Numbered from the stretch's first letter, positions 24,967 through 36,199 are shown. The stretch: DNA of 64,000 nt from Planctomycetota bacterium (GCA_003388505.1 QQVO01000013.1:134896-198895), one strand, 5' to 3'. Notes: generated by a model not told the origin, from the sequence alone. Translations and numbers: made by a program.

Positions 24967-26364
24967 GTGAGTCGCCGCCCAACCCGCTCGTTCCCCGCTC
25001 GAATTGCCGCCACAGCCCTGCTCCTGGCGGTTGCGCTGGTGCGCCACGTTTACGGCGAACCGGGGGACGAGGCCGGTCCCGAATCCGCAGTGATGATCGC
25101 CTACCTTGAGTCGCGGGTCGCGGCGAATCCAGAAGACGCCGCCACATGGCGCATGCTGGGTCGCGCCGCTTTAGGCGTCGGAGACGACCGGCGGGCGCTG
25201 GACGCACTCAGTCGCGCACTTGAGCTCGATGCACAAAGCGCCGCCGTGCAGTACGACATGGCGTTCCTCCTGCAGAAGCTCGACCGGCCCGCAGAAGCAG
25301 CGGACCATTTCGCCCGTGTGGTCAGGCTGGCGCCGGACAGCGAGTATGCCGCCGAAGCCGCCCGCCGCCTCGAATCACTGCCGGCGCCGGAAGGCGGGTC
25401 TGAAATCGTGCAGGCCGGTTACGAGATCAGGCAGTTCGACGGAACCCAAATCCTCGAGCAGCAGAATCTGCCGCCGTTCGCCGACGTTGTGAAGCGCCCG
25501 CCTCCGCTCCTCCTTCGACTGGAGTTCGGGGCGCTCTATAACTCCAATGTCGCCCTCACACCCACCAGTCGCAACCTGGCGCTCAACCAGGCGGGCAGCG
25601 CCCAGTTCTATTTCGGGCCGCAGATCGAGTACTGGCTCGTGGAGCACGACGCCTGGCGGGCCGGTGCGTTGTTCAATGGACAGTTCACGGTCAACGAGTC
25701 CGATTTCACCGGCCTCAATCTGCAAAGCTATCAGCCGGGGGCGTTCATCGAACGCTCTGTCTTTCTCGAACACACCGTCCTCGTGCCGCGAATTCAGTTC
25801 GTTTACACGCTCGACCAGTTCGACGGGACGACCCTGGCGAATCGCGCCGCAGGGAGCGCGCTGCTCACCAGTTACTGGGACTCCGGGAGTACGAGCAACA
25901 TCTACTGGTCGATTGACAACACAGACTTTTCTGCAAACACCGCCGCACCCGCATTCAACTCACGGGACGGAGTCACCAATGCGATCGGCGCCAGCCACAC
26001 GCACTACATGGGCGTCCGTTATCTGCAATCGGTGACGGCCGGAGTCGATCTTCAGCATGTCGAGACCGACGGCGTCAACTTTTCGTTCAACGGCGTGTCG
26101 CTCTTCGCCGCCGCCAATATCCCGATCCTGGAACGGCTGTCACTGCTGCTCACCGGGGGCTGGGGTTACCGTGACTATTTCGACGCCGTCGCCGCTCCCT
26201 CCCCCAACCAGAACGTCTGGCAGGGGGGAGCCCGCTTGCAGTACCGCATCAACGAATTCTGGTCCCTCGCGGGTGTCTTCAACTACAACCGCTTCTCCTC
26301 CAGGAATGCGATCTTCGACACCGAACGATCCGTCGGCGGCGGTCTTCTGGTCTTCGAGTATTGA
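24967..26364 (+). CDS. TPR-repeat protein with a C-terminal beta-rich (outer-membrane-like) domain
   Basis: Probable GTG start at 24967 with a GGAG RBS and a signal peptide (IAATALLLAVALVRHVYG). TPR-like helices are present (AATWRMLGRAALGVGDDRRALDALSRALELD...). The C-terminal half is beta-strand rich and ends ...GGLLVFEY. The ORF-track TTG start lies at 24826. Confidence 0.5.
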   Translation: MSRRPTRSFPARIAATALLLAVALVRHVYGEPGDEAGPESAVMIAYLESRVAANPEDAATWRMLGRAALGVGDDRRALDALSRALELDAQSAAVQYDMAFLLQKLDRPAEAADHFARVVRLAPDSEYAAEAARRLESLPAPEGGSEIVQAGYEIRQFDGTQILEQQNLPPFADVVKRPPPLLLRLEFGALYNSNVALTPTSRNLALNQAGSAQFYFGPQIEYWLVEHDAWRAGALFNGQFTVNESDFTGLNLQSYQPGAFIERSVFLEHTVLVPRIQFVYTLDQFDGTTLANRAAGSALLTSYWDSGSTSNIYWSIDNTDFSANTAAPAFNSRDGVTNAIGASHTHYMGVRYLQSVTAGVDLQHVETDGVNFSFNGVSLFAAANIPILERLSLLLTGGWGYRDYFDAVAAPSPNQNVWQGGARLQYRINEFWSLAGVFNYNRFSSRNAIFDTERSVGGGLLVFEY

Positions 26365-26398
26365 AACTCATTGAGCGAATCTGCGAATGTCTCTGGCT

Positions 26399-28318
26399 TT
26401 AATCCACATCCGCAAGAATTTTCTCGATCAACCGCTCGATGTAATCCCCCATCCGCCGGGGCACCGCATCCGACTCCCGCGGCAGCGCCGACATCTCATC
26501 GGCGAGCGGCGCGGCCTTCTCGTTGAGGCGGTCGAGCGCATTGAGCGCGTACATCGCCGCGTACAGGCCGTGCTCCTGGACGTTGGCGTACTCCATCAGC
26601 ACCGGCAAGGCGGCCTCGAGGTCCTCGTCATCGCCGTGCGTCGCCAAGGCTTCGGCGGCGACGATCCTGGTCGAGGCGAACGCCGGATTGCAGGCCTCGT
26701 CCGCGATTGAGTCCTTGATGATGTTGTGCAGCGCCCGATGATTCTCGGTGAAGTGGTGGCCGCCCTGCCCCAGAATTCCCGTCACTGCCCAGTACATGGC
26801 CAAGTCCTCGTAGGGGCCGAACCGGGCGCATTCGTTGAGATACGCCTTGATGCGGTCCTGCGGTGAGTCGGGATCGGTGCTGTAGACCGCAACGAAGTGA
26901 AACGTGCGCGGATTGTAGAGGTCGTATTCGCGCACCGCTTCGTACCGCGTGAGCGGCGGTTCCCGGTCGCCTCCGCTGTAGGCGTGCAGGTGGTATTCGG
27001 AGAAGAAACCGAGATCACGAATCCTCACGAGATGCTCGATGAGTGCTTCGATCAACCGCTCTTTGACCTCGCTGTGTTCCGGCGAGTCGGCCAGGTTCAC
27101 GACCTCGTCGGGATCGCTCTCCAGATCGTACAGTTCCTCCGGCGGCTTCCTCTGCCAGAACTGTGATTGAGCCTCGTTCAACTCTCCGTCATCGAACAGC
27201 TCCTTCCAGACCCGTGTCGTCGGCGTCTGGAACATGTAGCTGACGTACTGTCCATACTCGAGGTGCGGCATGTAGTTGCGGATGTAGACATAGCGGCCAT
27301 CGGTCACACTGCGGACCATGTCGTACCGCTCGTCCATCCGACCGCGAAAGCCGTGAATGTACGGCTGCGGCTGGACGGCATGCTCACCGAGAAAAGCGTG
27401 CCCCTGCATGTGATCCGGGGGTTCGATTCCGCACAGACTCAACACGGTCGGCGCGAGGTCGACGAAGCTCACCAACCGATCCGACGCGCCGCCAGTCTCG
27501 AAATCGTCGGTCGCGAGGTCGCGCCACTTGTCCGGGATGTGCACCAGCAGCGGCACGTGCAGGCCGGAGTTGTAAGGCCACCGTTTGTTGCGCGGCATCC
27601 CCGAGCCATGATCGCCGTAGTAGAAGACGATCGTCTCCTCCGCGAGTCCCGCCTCTTCCAGCTCTCTCAGGGTTTCACCGACCTGGGCGTCCATCATCGT
27701 CAGCCGGTCGTAGTATTGAGCCCAATCCTTGCGGACCTCCGGCGTGTCCGGGTGATACGCCGGCACGCGGACTTTCGCGGGGTCGTGAATCCGATCCTTC
27801 TCGTCGATCTCGTTGCGAATCTGGCTCTCGTGGCTGATGGTGTGATTGAAGATTGCAAAGAACGGCTGACCCTCAGCCCGGTTCTTCCAGTGAGCGTTCT
27901 TGCTCGACTCGTCCCACACCTGGCCCGGCTTCACGACGTTGTAGTCTTCCTTGGAGTTGTTCGTGCAGTAGTGGCCGGCTTCACGCAGGTATTGTGGATA
28001 CAGCAGGAACCCTTCCGGCATGCGGACCATCGACCGCATGTGCTCCGCACCGAGCGACGTGGAATACATTCCGGTGATGATCGCGGTTCGCGCCGGCGCA
28101 CACACAGGCGCATTCGACCAGCAGCGCAGATAGCGGCAACTCCTCTCTGCCAGAGCATCCAGATTAGGAGTTGTCGCATACTCATCGCCGTAACAACCGA
28201 GGTGCGGTCCGTTGTCCTCCGAAGTGATCCAGAGAATATTCGGACGATCAGCCGCCGCGACATGTGAACAGCACGCGACGATCAAGAGAAGCAGAAGTGC
28301 TGAGGTGCGCTCGCTCAT
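26399..28318 (-). CDS. sulfatase (S1 family, formylglycine-dependent) with a C-terminal helical-repeat extension
   Basis: Signal peptide. The CxPxR motif is present as NAPVCAPARTAIITG, and the metal-binding residues are present (NILWITSEDNG, YYGDHG). A C-terminal extension of about 170 aa follows. Confidence 0.85.
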   Translation of the reverse strand: MSERTSALLLLLIVACCSHVAAADRPNILWITSEDNGPHLGCYGDEYATTPNLDALAERSCRYLRCWSNAPVCAPARTAIITGMYSTSLGAEHMRSMVRMPEGFLLYPQYLREAGHYCTNNSKEDYNVVKPGQVWDESSKNAHWKNRAEGQPFFAIFNHTISHESQIRNEIDEKDRIHDPAKVRVPAYHPDTPEVRKDWAQYYDRLTMMDAQVGETLRELEEAGLAEETIVFYYGDHGSGMPRNKRWPYNSGLHVPLLVHIPDKWRDLATDDFETGGASDRLVSFVDLAPTVLSLCGIEPPDHMQGHAFLGEHAVQPQPYIHGFRGRMDERYDMVRSVTDGRYVYIRNYMPHLEYGQYVSYMFQTPTTRVWKELFDDGELNEAQSQFWQRKPPEELYDLESDPDEVVNLADSPEHSEVKERLIEALIEHLVRIRDLGFFSEYHLHAYSGGDREPPLTRYEAVREYDLYNPRTFHFVAVYSTDPDSPQDRIKAYLNECARFGPYEDLAMYWAVTGILGQGGHHFTENHRALHNIIKDSIADEACNPAFASTRIVAAEALATHGDDEDLEAALPVLMEYANVQEHGLYAAMYALNALDRLNEKAAPLADEMSALPRESDAVPRRMGDYIERLIEKILADVD

Positions 28319-28427
28319 CGGGTCTTAATGCTCCGTGTTGGTTTCTCGTTTCATCGCATTGATTGGCACGCCAAGACGCAAAGACGCGAAGTCATCAACG
28401 AGCGTCTCCGGGTTTTTTCGGCGGTTG

Positions 28428-30332
28428 TCAGGTTGCGGGCGGTGTCTCGACTGAACCGGATTCCGGAACGACGTCGATCGGTTTCGTCGCGTCCACCAGC
28501 ATGCTACAGAACCCGGAGATCATGAAGGCGATCGCGCAGGTAATGAACGCCGCGTTCCAGTCGCCGCCGTAGTAGTCGTCAACGATCGTCACCAGCAGAA
28601 TCGGTGAGACGGTGGCGCCGAGGTTGCCCCACATGTTTCCCCATCCCAGTACTGAGGCGATGTAACGCCCGCCGACGTCCTGGTTGAAGGCCCAGGTCGC
28701 CGGCGAACCGAGATCGGTCCCGAACGCGACCAGCGCGAACAGCGCCGTCGCCATCCAGGGGGAAGGATCGAACAGAACGAGGATAAACGCTGCCATCGCG
28801 ATGAAGCGCGTCGCGCTCAAGGGCAGCGCACGACCCCAACGCACGCCCAGGCGCGTCGCCAGCGCATCGGTCACCCAGCCGCCCAGAAACATCCCCGCCC
28901 AGCCGACATACAGCGGAATCGAAGCCATCATGTTGCGTTCGACAAACGGCAATCGGTGAACTTCCCACAAGTAGGCCGGCAGCCAGCTGACGAGGAAAAC
29001 CCACCCGATGTTCGTGCCGAACTGCGAGATGCTCAGCAGCCACAAGCTCGGACTCTTCACAATCGCCAACAACGGCACCGCTCCGACCGGGGGCTGTGTC
29101 GCCGTCGAGTGCACCGTCTGCCCGGGCCCGGCGATCAATCGCGCCTCGGCCGGATTGGAGAGCGGGTGGTCGCTCGGCCTGTCCCGCACACACACGAAAT
29201 ACATCGCTGCGACCAGCAACCCCGCTGCACCGAACACGAACATCGCCGGCCGCCAGCCGCCGCCGTACACCTTGCGAATCGCATCGGGAAACACCGCCTC
29301 GATCACCAGCCGGTTGAGAAGTGCCTGAGACCGGCTGTTGAGTTGAACCTGGTCCGCCATGTCTTGCGCAGAGCGGTCCAGCGGCAGCAGTTTGAGTTGC
29401 TCGGGCTCTGCGAGCGGCGGACCGTTCACAACCTGGTTGAGAGCGCCGACCAGCGTCTCCGCTTGTTCAGCAGCGATTGTCGGATCTGTGTATTGAACCT
29501 CGGCCCGGTCTTCGCCGAAGTCACGGTCCGGCGGGACGGTTTCGCGGCCGCCGCTTTCTGAGTCTTCCTCAGCGGCTGACAACCGGTCCAGAGCCGCGCG
29601 ATAATCGTCTGCCAGCGGTGCAAGGAGCGATGCGTCAGCAGCGGCAACGACGTCGTGTACGTTGCGGGCGACCGTCAATCGGGCGCGGGCATCATCGGTC
29701 ATTTCGAGCGAGTTCATGTCGGCGGACTCCGCCAGTTGCAGTTGGTCCGCCAGAAATCGCGCATCAAGCAGATCCCGCTGCTCCAGTGTCACCGTGGCCT
29801 CATTTCCCACGAAGAACAGCACGAGCGCGGCGGCAATCATCGGTACGGTCGCGCCGCCGATTCGGCCTCCCAACGCGATGAGACCGCTGGCGAAGCCGCG
29901 CCGCTGCAACGGCATCCACCTCGCGACGACCGACGCCGCCGTGGGATAAGCGCCCGCCTGGCCAAGCCCCATCGCAAACCGGGCCACAAACAGCATCACA
30001 AAGCCGCCCGCCAGGCCGAGCATCGCGGTGAAACCGGACCAGATCGCGACGTACAAGGCCAGCATCAGCCGCGGCCCGTACCGGTCCGACAACCATCCCG
30101 ACGGCACCTGTCCCAGCGAATATGACAGAAAGAACGCCGAGAGGCACCAGCCGAACTGTTGCTTGCTCAGCCCCAGGTCTTCGCGCACGAACTGCTGCAC
30201 GTAGACCAGGCAGAACCGGTCGGCGTAGAGCACGATCGACGTCAGAAACGTCACGAAGATGACCACATACCGCACCGACGTCGGACGCCCGGAGGACTCG
30301 TATTCCGCGTCGGACGTCAAGTCGTGCGCCAT
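28428..30332 (-). CDS. MFS transporter with a large central hydrophilic loop
   Basis: 12 TM pattern with MFS signatures (GWLSDRYGPR, ARFAMGLGQAG). A central insert of about 200 aa separates the halves. It lies upstream of, and on the same strand as, the sulfatase. Confidence 0.8.
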   Translation of the reverse strand: MAHDLTSDAEYESSGRPTSVRYVVIFVTFLTSIVLYADRFCLVYVQQFVREDLGLSKQQFGWCLSAFFLSYSLGQVPSGWLSDRYGPRLMLALYVAIWSGFTAMLGLAGGFVMLFVARFAMGLGQAGAYPTAASVVARWMPLQRRGFASGLIALGGRIGGATVPMIAAALVLFFVGNEATVTLEQRDLLDARFLADQLQLAESADMNSLEMTDDARARLTVARNVHDVVAAADASLLAPLADDYRAALDRLSAAEEDSESGGRETVPPDRDFGEDRAEVQYTDPTIAAEQAETLVGALNQVVNGPPLAEPEQLKLLPLDRSAQDMADQVQLNSRSQALLNRLVIEAVFPDAIRKVYGGGWRPAMFVFGAAGLLVAAMYFVCVRDRPSDHPLSNPAEARLIAGPGQTVHSTATQPPVGAVPLLAIVKSPSLWLLSISQFGTNIGWVFLVSWLPAYLWEVHRLPFVERNMMASIPLYVGWAGMFLGGWVTDALATRLGVRWGRALPLSATRFIAMAAFILVLFDPSPWMATALFALVAFGTDLGSPATWAFNQDVGGRYIASVLGWGNMWGNLGATVSPILLVTIVDDYYGGDWNAAFITCAIAFMISGFCSMLVDATKPIDVVPESGSVETPPAT

Positions 30333-30478
30333 GAGTTGCTTTCGGACGGAATTCGCGCCGGCAGTTGAAGACCCCAGCCTACACCCGCCTCGTTGACAGA
30401 GCAAATCGGGTCGGCGACGATGGCTGAACCGAGACGTCAGGTCGCCCGATATGTGGCTCTCAACATGAGGAAACATCC

Positions 30479-31450
30479 ATGTTCACTGGCACCAACGGCC
30501 GACGCCTCCGGCTGCTGCGATTCGTTTCGATGGCCCTGCTGGCCTGTGGGATCGATTCAACGGGACACGCCCAGGTCCGGCGCGGGACGACCGACGCGAC
30601 AAGCGACACGGAGGAAGAGTCGACGCCCGCCGAGCAAACCAAGGCGGCCCTCCAGCGGTTGCGAACCGTGATGGAGGAAAAAGACTACGTCGAGTTCGTC
30701 GAGTGGTTCGCACCGGTGGACGATCTCCGGCAGATCCGCGAACAGAACGCCGTCCAGGAAGTGGCTGCGTCTCTCAACGAGTGGCCGCACCGCGCAAAGA
30801 TGATCGCCATGCTCAAGCACCTCGAAGAGCAGTCGCCGGCCTTCGACCCGAGCGGCGGTGTCGCCGCCTATGAGGTCGACCTCCTGCTCGGAGCAGAGCC
30901 CGACGAAGGCAGTGACACCCCCGTTGTGGAACCGGAAGAACTCGACGTCAGCGACGTGCCCGGCATCGACGGCGACCTGCCGGTCGTTCTGGCCGAAGCG
31001 GCCGCGCTCCTGGAAGACGAGAAGATCGAGGAATTCGTCGAGCACATGTTCCCCGTCGAGGAAGTCGCCCGCATGCGAAAGGACGACCGTTTCGCTGGGC
31101 TGCGCGAACGGCTGGAAGAGCATCCTGAAATGGTCGAAACGATGATCGACGATCTTCTCGCGGCGGCCGAACTGGAACCGAAGTTCGACGAGTCGGGCAA
31201 CGTGGGACAGATTACACTTCCGAGTTCCCGCCCTCTCGGCGAAGAACGGAACCTTTACTTCGAAAAGCAGAACGGCCACTGGCGACTCGACAATCAGGCC
31301 GGGAAGATCCGCGACAACATCGCCCGGCAACTCACCAACGATCCGGTCGGCCCGGGAGCAGGTTATGCACTCCGCCTGGAGCGAATCGGCGATCACTGGC
31401 GATTGCTCGAATTCCCCGAGTTCGTCTCGAAGATCGTGCTTCCCGAATAG
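30479..31450 (+). CDS. hypothetical secreted acidic protein
   Basis: GAGGAAA RBS with an ATG at 30479 and a signal peptide (LRLLRFVSMALLACGIDSTGHAQ). The composition is Glu-rich. The antisense ORF 30557-31396 looks like a mirror-composition artefact. Confidence 0.5.
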   Translation: MFTGTNGRRLRLLRFVSMALLACGIDSTGHAQVRRGTTDATSDTEEESTPAEQTKAALQRLRTVMEEKDYVEFVEWFAPVDDLRQIREQNAVQEVAASLNEWPHRAKMIAMLKHLEEQSPAFDPSGGVAAYEVDLLLGAEPDEGSDTPVVEPEELDVSDVPGIDGDLPVVLAEAAALLEDEKIEEFVEHMFPVEEVARMRKDDRFAGLRERLEEHPEMVETMIDDLLAAAELEPKFDESGNVGQITLPSSRPLGEERNLYFEKQNGHWRLDNQAGKIRDNIARQLTNDPVGPGAGYALRLERIGDHWRLLEFPEFVSKIVLPE

Positions 31451-31486
31451 ACGCCTCCGGCATCACGCGCACGAGGAACGCCCGAT

Positions 31487-32371
31487 ATGACCCCGCACAA
31501 CCGAGCAAGACGCGGCTTCACATTGATCGAAGCGACCGTCGTTCTGGCGATCATCACCCTCCTGGCGGCCCTGGCCGCTCCCGCGCTGCAGGGTTCCCGC
31601 GAAGAAGCGAGGCTGACGCAGTGCAAGAATAACCTCAAGCAGTTGGGTCTGGCCCTTCATAACTATCACGATGTCTGGGTGACTTTCCCTCCCGGATGGG
31701 TTCAGCACGACTGGGACGCTCCCTCACCGGCGGGATATTGCTGGAGCGCACAAATTCTCCCGTACGTGGGTCATGCTCAACTCTATAATCAATTCGACTT
31801 TCGAAGGCCGCCGTCGACACAGGACGACTGGCTGCTCGAACCGCTGGACGTGTTTCGCTGTCCGTCCGACACGCTCGAACCGATCAATGAACTCCGGGGC
31901 GGGTTCGCGACTTCAAACTACTCCGGGAACTTCGGTTCAAAGCCGCTCCCACGCTGGTTGCCGTCCGAAATGAGCCAGTTCTGGCCCGGGACGATGCCGA
32001 CTCCGGACGAGTCGGACGGGATCCTCTGGTGCAACAGCAGTGTGCGCATCCGCGATATTACCGATGGGACATCGAACACCATCATGGTGGGCGAACGCTG
32101 CGTCACCAGCGGCGGCGGCATCTGGCCGGCGGTCACCTCAAACCACCACGAAAACGACGCCGTCACCGACGGCAGCCACCAGTCCCGGTTGAATGACAAC
32201 TACGCTTCCTTCTCCAGCCGGCACGCCGACGGCGCCCACTTTCTCAAGTGCGACGGTGCAGTCACTTTCGTCAGCGACGACATCGACAGCCGCCCGGCAT
32301 CGGCCCGCGAGATGGGGACGTACCAGCGCATCGCCGGCCGCAACGACGGCAACGTCGTCCGTGACTTCTAG
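31487..32371 (+). CDS. DUF1559 protein with a prepilin-type N-terminal cleavage/methylation motif (planctomycete H-X9-DG family)
   Basis: [55 protein letters not shown], with the C-terminal ...GDGSHQ...CDGAV pattern. Confidence 0.85.
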   Translation: MTPHNRARRGFTLIEATVVLAIITLLAALAAPALQGSREEARLTQCKNNLKQLGLALHNYHDVWVTFPPGWVQHDWDAPSPAGYCWSAQILPYVGHAQLYNQFDFRRPPSTQDDWLLEPLDVFRCPSDTLEPINELRGGFATSNYSGNFGSKPLPRWLPSEMSQFWPGTMPTPDESDGILWCNSSVRIRDITDGTSNTIMVGERCVTSGGGIWPAVTSNHHENDAVTDGSHQSRLNDNYASFSSRHADGAHFLKCDGAVTFVSDDIDSRPASAREMGTYQRIAGRNDGNVVRDF

Positions 32372-32434
32372 CCCGTGCGACGAAATTTCTGCCGCTCACG
32401 ATTTTTACCTTCAGTTGACTGTCCAGGATTCCCA

Positions 32435-33808
32435 ATGACCATTGGTTTGAAACGTCGCGTTATTCTGACTCTCTTCGCACTTCTGCCGGCGTCTGTTCTC
32501 GCAACCGCTTGCCATGCCGACGACTGGCAGGCCGGTGCCGCGAAGGTCAATATCACGCCCGAAGAATCGATGTGGATGTCGGGATATGGAGGCCGTGACC
32601 ATCCCTCCGAGGGCAAACTGACCGACCTGTGGGCCAAAACGCTCGTGCTGCAGGACGGCGCAGGCGAGAAGATCGCTATCGTCACCCTCGATCTGGTCGG
32701 ACTCGACCGGGGAACCGAATTGAGCATCCGCGAGCGAATCGCGGACGAGTACGAGATTCCCGTCGCCAACTCGGCGCTCTTCAGTTCTCACACCCACACC
32801 GGCCCGGTTGTCGGGGAGAATCTGAAGGCGATGTTCTCCATCAGCGACCAGCAGTGGGAGCAGATCGACGCCTACACCAGCAAACTGATCGACGACGTCG
32901 TTGCCAGCGTCGGCGAGGCGATCGGCGATCTCGAACCGGCTTCGATCACCTGGGGCAATGGTTTCGCCGCGTTCGCCGTCAATCGCCGCAACAATCGCGA
33001 GCCGGACGTCCCCATGCTCCGCGAACAGGGCCTGCTGCAGGGACCGGTCGATCATTCAGTCCCGGTGCTGGCGGTCCGCTGCGGGGAGGAACTCAAGGCG
33101 GTCGTCTTCGGTTACGCCTGTCATGCCACGGTCCTCAGCTTTTACCAGTGGTCGGGCGACTACCCGGGTTTCGCTCAGATCGCGCTGGAAGAGGCGCATC
33201 CCGGCACGCAGGCAATGTTCTGGGCCGGCTGCGGCGCGGACCAGAATCCGCTGCCTCGCCGGACCGTCGAACTGGCGCAGGAGTACGGCAACCGGCTGGC
33301 GGCGGCCGTCGAAGAAGTGCTCGAAGGGCGGATGTTCAAAATCTCCGGCGACTTGCGGACGGCCTACGACGAGATCGAACTCGAATTCGCCGATCTGCCC
33401 ACCCGCGAGCAGCTTGAGGCGACGACGAAGTCCGACAGCCACTACGAGCGCGGACGCGCCAATCTCCTGCTCGAGCGCTGGGATGCGAATGGCGGCCTGA
33501 GCCGGACCTACCCTTATCCCGTTCAGACCTGGCGCCTCGGCGATGGCCCCACCTGGGTCACGCTCGGCGGAGAGGTGGTGGTCGACTTCTCGATTCGCAT
33601 CAAGTCGGAACTCGGAGTCGACGACACCTGGGTCGCCGGATACGCCAACGACGTCATGGCCTACATCCCCTCGCTCCGGGTGCTCCAGGAAGGAGGATAC
33701 GAAGGAGGCGGATCGATGCTCTACTACGGCCAACCCGCCCACTGGGCCGAAAACGTCGAGGATCTCGTCATGGAGGAAGTTTACCGGCAGGCGGAGTCGC
33801 TGGAGTGA
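32435..33808 (+). CDS. neutral/alkaline ceramidase-like hydrolase (tentative)
   Basis: Signal peptide. It contains AAKVNITPEESMWMSGYGGRD, LVGLD and SSHTHTGP, which are reminiscent of the ceramidase_alk N-terminal domain. The family was assigned by memory only. Confidence 0.45.
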   Translation: MTIGLKRRVILTLFALLPASVLATACHADDWQAGAAKVNITPEESMWMSGYGGRDHPSEGKLTDLWAKTLVLQDGAGEKIAIVTLDLVGLDRGTELSIRERIADEYEIPVANSALFSSHTHTGPVVGENLKAMFSISDQQWEQIDAYTSKLIDDVVASVGEAIGDLEPASITWGNGFAAFAVNRRNNREPDVPMLREQGLLQGPVDHSVPVLAVRCGEELKAVVFGYACHATVLSFYQWSGDYPGFAQIALEEAHPGTQAMFWAGCGADQNPLPRRTVELAQEYGNRLAAAVEEVLEGRMFKISGDLRTAYDEIELEFADLPTREQLEATTKSDSHYERGRANLLLERWDANGGLSRTYPYPVQTWRLGDGPTWVTLGGEVVVDFSIRIKSELGVDDTWVAGYANDVMAYIPSLRVLQEGGYEGGGSMLYYGQPAHWAENVEDLVMEEVYRQAESLE

Positions 33809-33954
33809 GCTGCCGAGAGCGGGTTTCGTCCGCGGAGGCGTCTCCCCGCTTGCGGGTTCGCCGCGGCATTCCTCGAGCGGACGCGGTTCCGACGACGACA
33901 GTCCGACCCACGCGCTGAAGACCTTCCCCGAACGATCTCCCGAACGCCTCCACG

Positions 33955-34665
33955 ATGCCCCGCGCCTGTTTCGTCTCCGACCTGCACCTGTTTGCGAACC
34001 GCTCTCGCGGGGACCGCCATCTGGAAGCGATCCGCAGGGCCGCCGAAGAGGCCCAGCACTGCATCCTCGGGGGAGACATTTTCGACTTCAAATGGTCCAC
34101 ACTGCCGTCGGAGCGGGACACCGTGGAGGCGGCGCTTCACTGGCTGCACGACCTCTCCGTACGCGTGCCGGAATGCCGCGTCGAATTCCTCCTCGGCAAC
34201 CACGACTACCATCCGGAACTCATCGAGCAACTGCCCGCGCTCGCCGCCGACGTGCCCAATTTTGAGTGGGAGCGATTCTTCCTTCGCCGCGGCAACGCGT
34301 TCTTTCTGCACGGCGACGTCGCCGACCGCAAGATGACCGCCGCCCGGCTCGAACGCCGCCGTCACAAGTTCCGGCATCGCAAGCGCAGCAACCTGCACCA
34401 CCGCGCCTACGATCTTCTCGTCCATTCCAACGTCCACGATGTATTGCCGCGGGCCGTCTACCCCAAACGCGTCGTCGCCCGCCGGATCCTCTCCTACCTC
34501 CGCGACGTCGGCCACGGACCGGAAACCGGCGTCGAACACGTCTACTTCGGCCACACCCATCGCGCGGTCAATGGCTACGCCTACGGCGGCATCCAGTTTC
34601 ATAACGGCGGCGCGCCGATCGGTCGCTCCCGCTACCGGATTCTCGAACTGGAAATCTGCGAATAG
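33955..34665 (+). CDS. calcineurin-like metallophosphoesterase (LpxH-like)
   Basis: Metal-binding motifs are present in the canonical order: DLHL, GGDIFD, GNHD, GD...H, GHTH. Confidence 0.75.
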   Translation: MPRACFVSDLHLFANRSRGDRHLEAIRRAAEEAQHCILGGDIFDFKWSTLPSERDTVEAALHWLHDLSVRVPECRVEFLLGNHDYHPELIEQLPALAADVPNFEWERFFLRRGNAFFLHGDVADRKMTAARLERRRHKFRHRKRSNLHHRAYDLLVHSNVHDVLPRAVYPKRVVARRILSYLRDVGHGPETGVEHVYFGHTHRAVNGYAYGGIQFHNGGAPIGRSRYRILELEICE

Positions 34666-34808
34666 CCGGACCGGAGGGAACTGTGCCGGTCGCGACTCCA
34701 TCCGTCGTCTCGTCTGCTTGACCTGACGCTCCGCATCGATCAAGTTGGGCCGATTCTCTCGAATCGCCGGCTCATTCTGGAACTGATTCCCGCCCTGGAG
34801 CGCGCCCT

Positions 34809-36188
34809 GTGAATCAACCTGTCGCACCCTTGCCCCCCGAACCGGACGGCCGCCCCTGGTACAAGCTGCTGAACCGCTACCACTGGTTCGTCCTCACCGT
34901 CGCCGCCCTCGGCTGGCTCTTCGATTGCCTCGATCAGCAACTCTTCATCATGGCGCGTCAGCCCGCGATGAAAGAATTGCTCGCCGAATCTCCCGAGGCG
35001 CCCCCGTCGCAATCGGTCGTCGATGCCTACTCCGGATACGCCACGGCGATTTTCCTCATCGGCTGGGCCAGCGGCGGATTGGTCTTCGGCGTGCTGGGAG
35101 ACCGCATCGGCCGGGCCAAAACGATGTTGATCACGATTCTGATGTACTCGCTCTTTACCGGTCTCAGTTCTTTGAGTGTGAGCTTCTGGGACTTTGCGGC
35201 GTATCGATTCCTGACCGGCCTCGGCGTGGGGGGGGAGTTCGCCGTCGGCGTCGCCCTCGTCGCCGAAGTCATGCCGCATCGGGCGCGGCCCTACGCTTTG
35301 AGTCTGCTGCAAGCCCTTTCCGCCATCGGCAACGTCAGCGCGGCTCTGGTCAACATCGTCGTCGGCGGCCTGTATGAGCAGGGCCTGCTCCCCAGCGTGT
35401 GGCGGCCGCTGTTCATCGTGGGCGCCGTGCCGGCGCTGCTGTGCCTTGTCATTCGCAGACACTTGAAGGAACCGGAACGATGGCAGCAGGTTTCGCATGA
35501 GGGCGCGGTGGAAAAGCAGTTGGGTTCCTACCAGGCCCTGTTCGGAGATCCGGAACTTCGTCGCCGCGCGCTCATCGGACTGACGTTGGCTTTTTCCGGC
35601 GTGGTCGGGCTGTGGGGCATCGTCTTCTTCACGATGGATCTGGTCGGCAACTTTGTTTCCACCAAACTCGCCGCCGAGGGCGTTGCGCCGGAAGCCATCG
35701 CCGGTCAGGCTGCCAAGTGGAAAGGCACCACCGGATTGATGCTCAACATCGGCGCGTTTCTGGGGATGTACTCGTTCGGCGTCGTCACGCAAAGGATCGG
35801 CCGCAAGCCGACGTTTGCCATGGCATTCGTTGCTTCCGCCATCAGCACGGCCGCCGTCTTCATGTACCTCGACCAGACGTCCGAAATCTACTGGATGGTT
35901 CCCGTCATGGGCTTCTGCATCCTGTCGCTCTTCGCCGGGTACGCGATCTACTTCCCGGAACTGTTCCCCACCTATCTGCGCAGCACGGGAACCAGCTTCT
36001 GCTACAACATCGGACGGTTCCTCGCAGCGGCGGGCCCCGCCGTCCTGGGAGTTCTCACGAGCCAGGTTTACGCCGACACGGCAGAACCGCTCCGCAACGC
36101 CGGACTGACGATGTGCGTCATTTTCGTCATCGGCCTGATCGCGTTGCCCTTCGCTCCCGAAACCAAAGACCAACCGCTGCCGGACTGA
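34809..36188 (+). CDS. MFS transporter
   Basis: 12 predicted TM helices. The 2/3-loop motif LGDRIGRAK is present, and the second half is duplicated. The probable start is GTG at 34809. Confidence 0.8.
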   Translation: MNQPVAPLPPEPDGRPWYKLLNRYHWFVLTVAALGWLFDCLDQQLFIMARQPAMKELLAESPEAPPSQSVVDAYSGYATAIFLIGWASGGLVFGVLGDRIGRAKTMLITILMYSLFTGLSSLSVSFWDFAAYRFLTGLGVGGEFAVGVALVAEVMPHRARPYALSLLQALSAIGNVSAALVNIVVGGLYEQGLLPSVWRPLFIVGAVPALLCLVIRRHLKEPERWQQVSHEGAVEKQLGSYQALFGDPELRRRALIGLTLAFSGVVGLWGIVFFTMDLVGNFVSTKLAAEGVAPEAIAGQAAKWKGTTGLMLNIGAFLGMYSFGVVTQRIGRKPTFAMAFVASAISTAAVFMYLDQTSEIYWMVPVMGFCILSLFAGYAIYFPELFPTYLRSTGTSFCYNIGRFLAAAGPAVLGVLTSQVYADTAEPLRNAGLTMCVIFVIGLIALPFAPETKDQPLPD

Positions 36189-36199
36189 CAGACCCGGCG

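Noticed and set aside
30557-31396. 279-aa minus-strand ORF opposite the acidic secreted protein
   Set aside because: Its composition is the complement of a Glu-rich frame. The plus strand has an RBS and signal peptide. This is a judgement call with moderate certainty.
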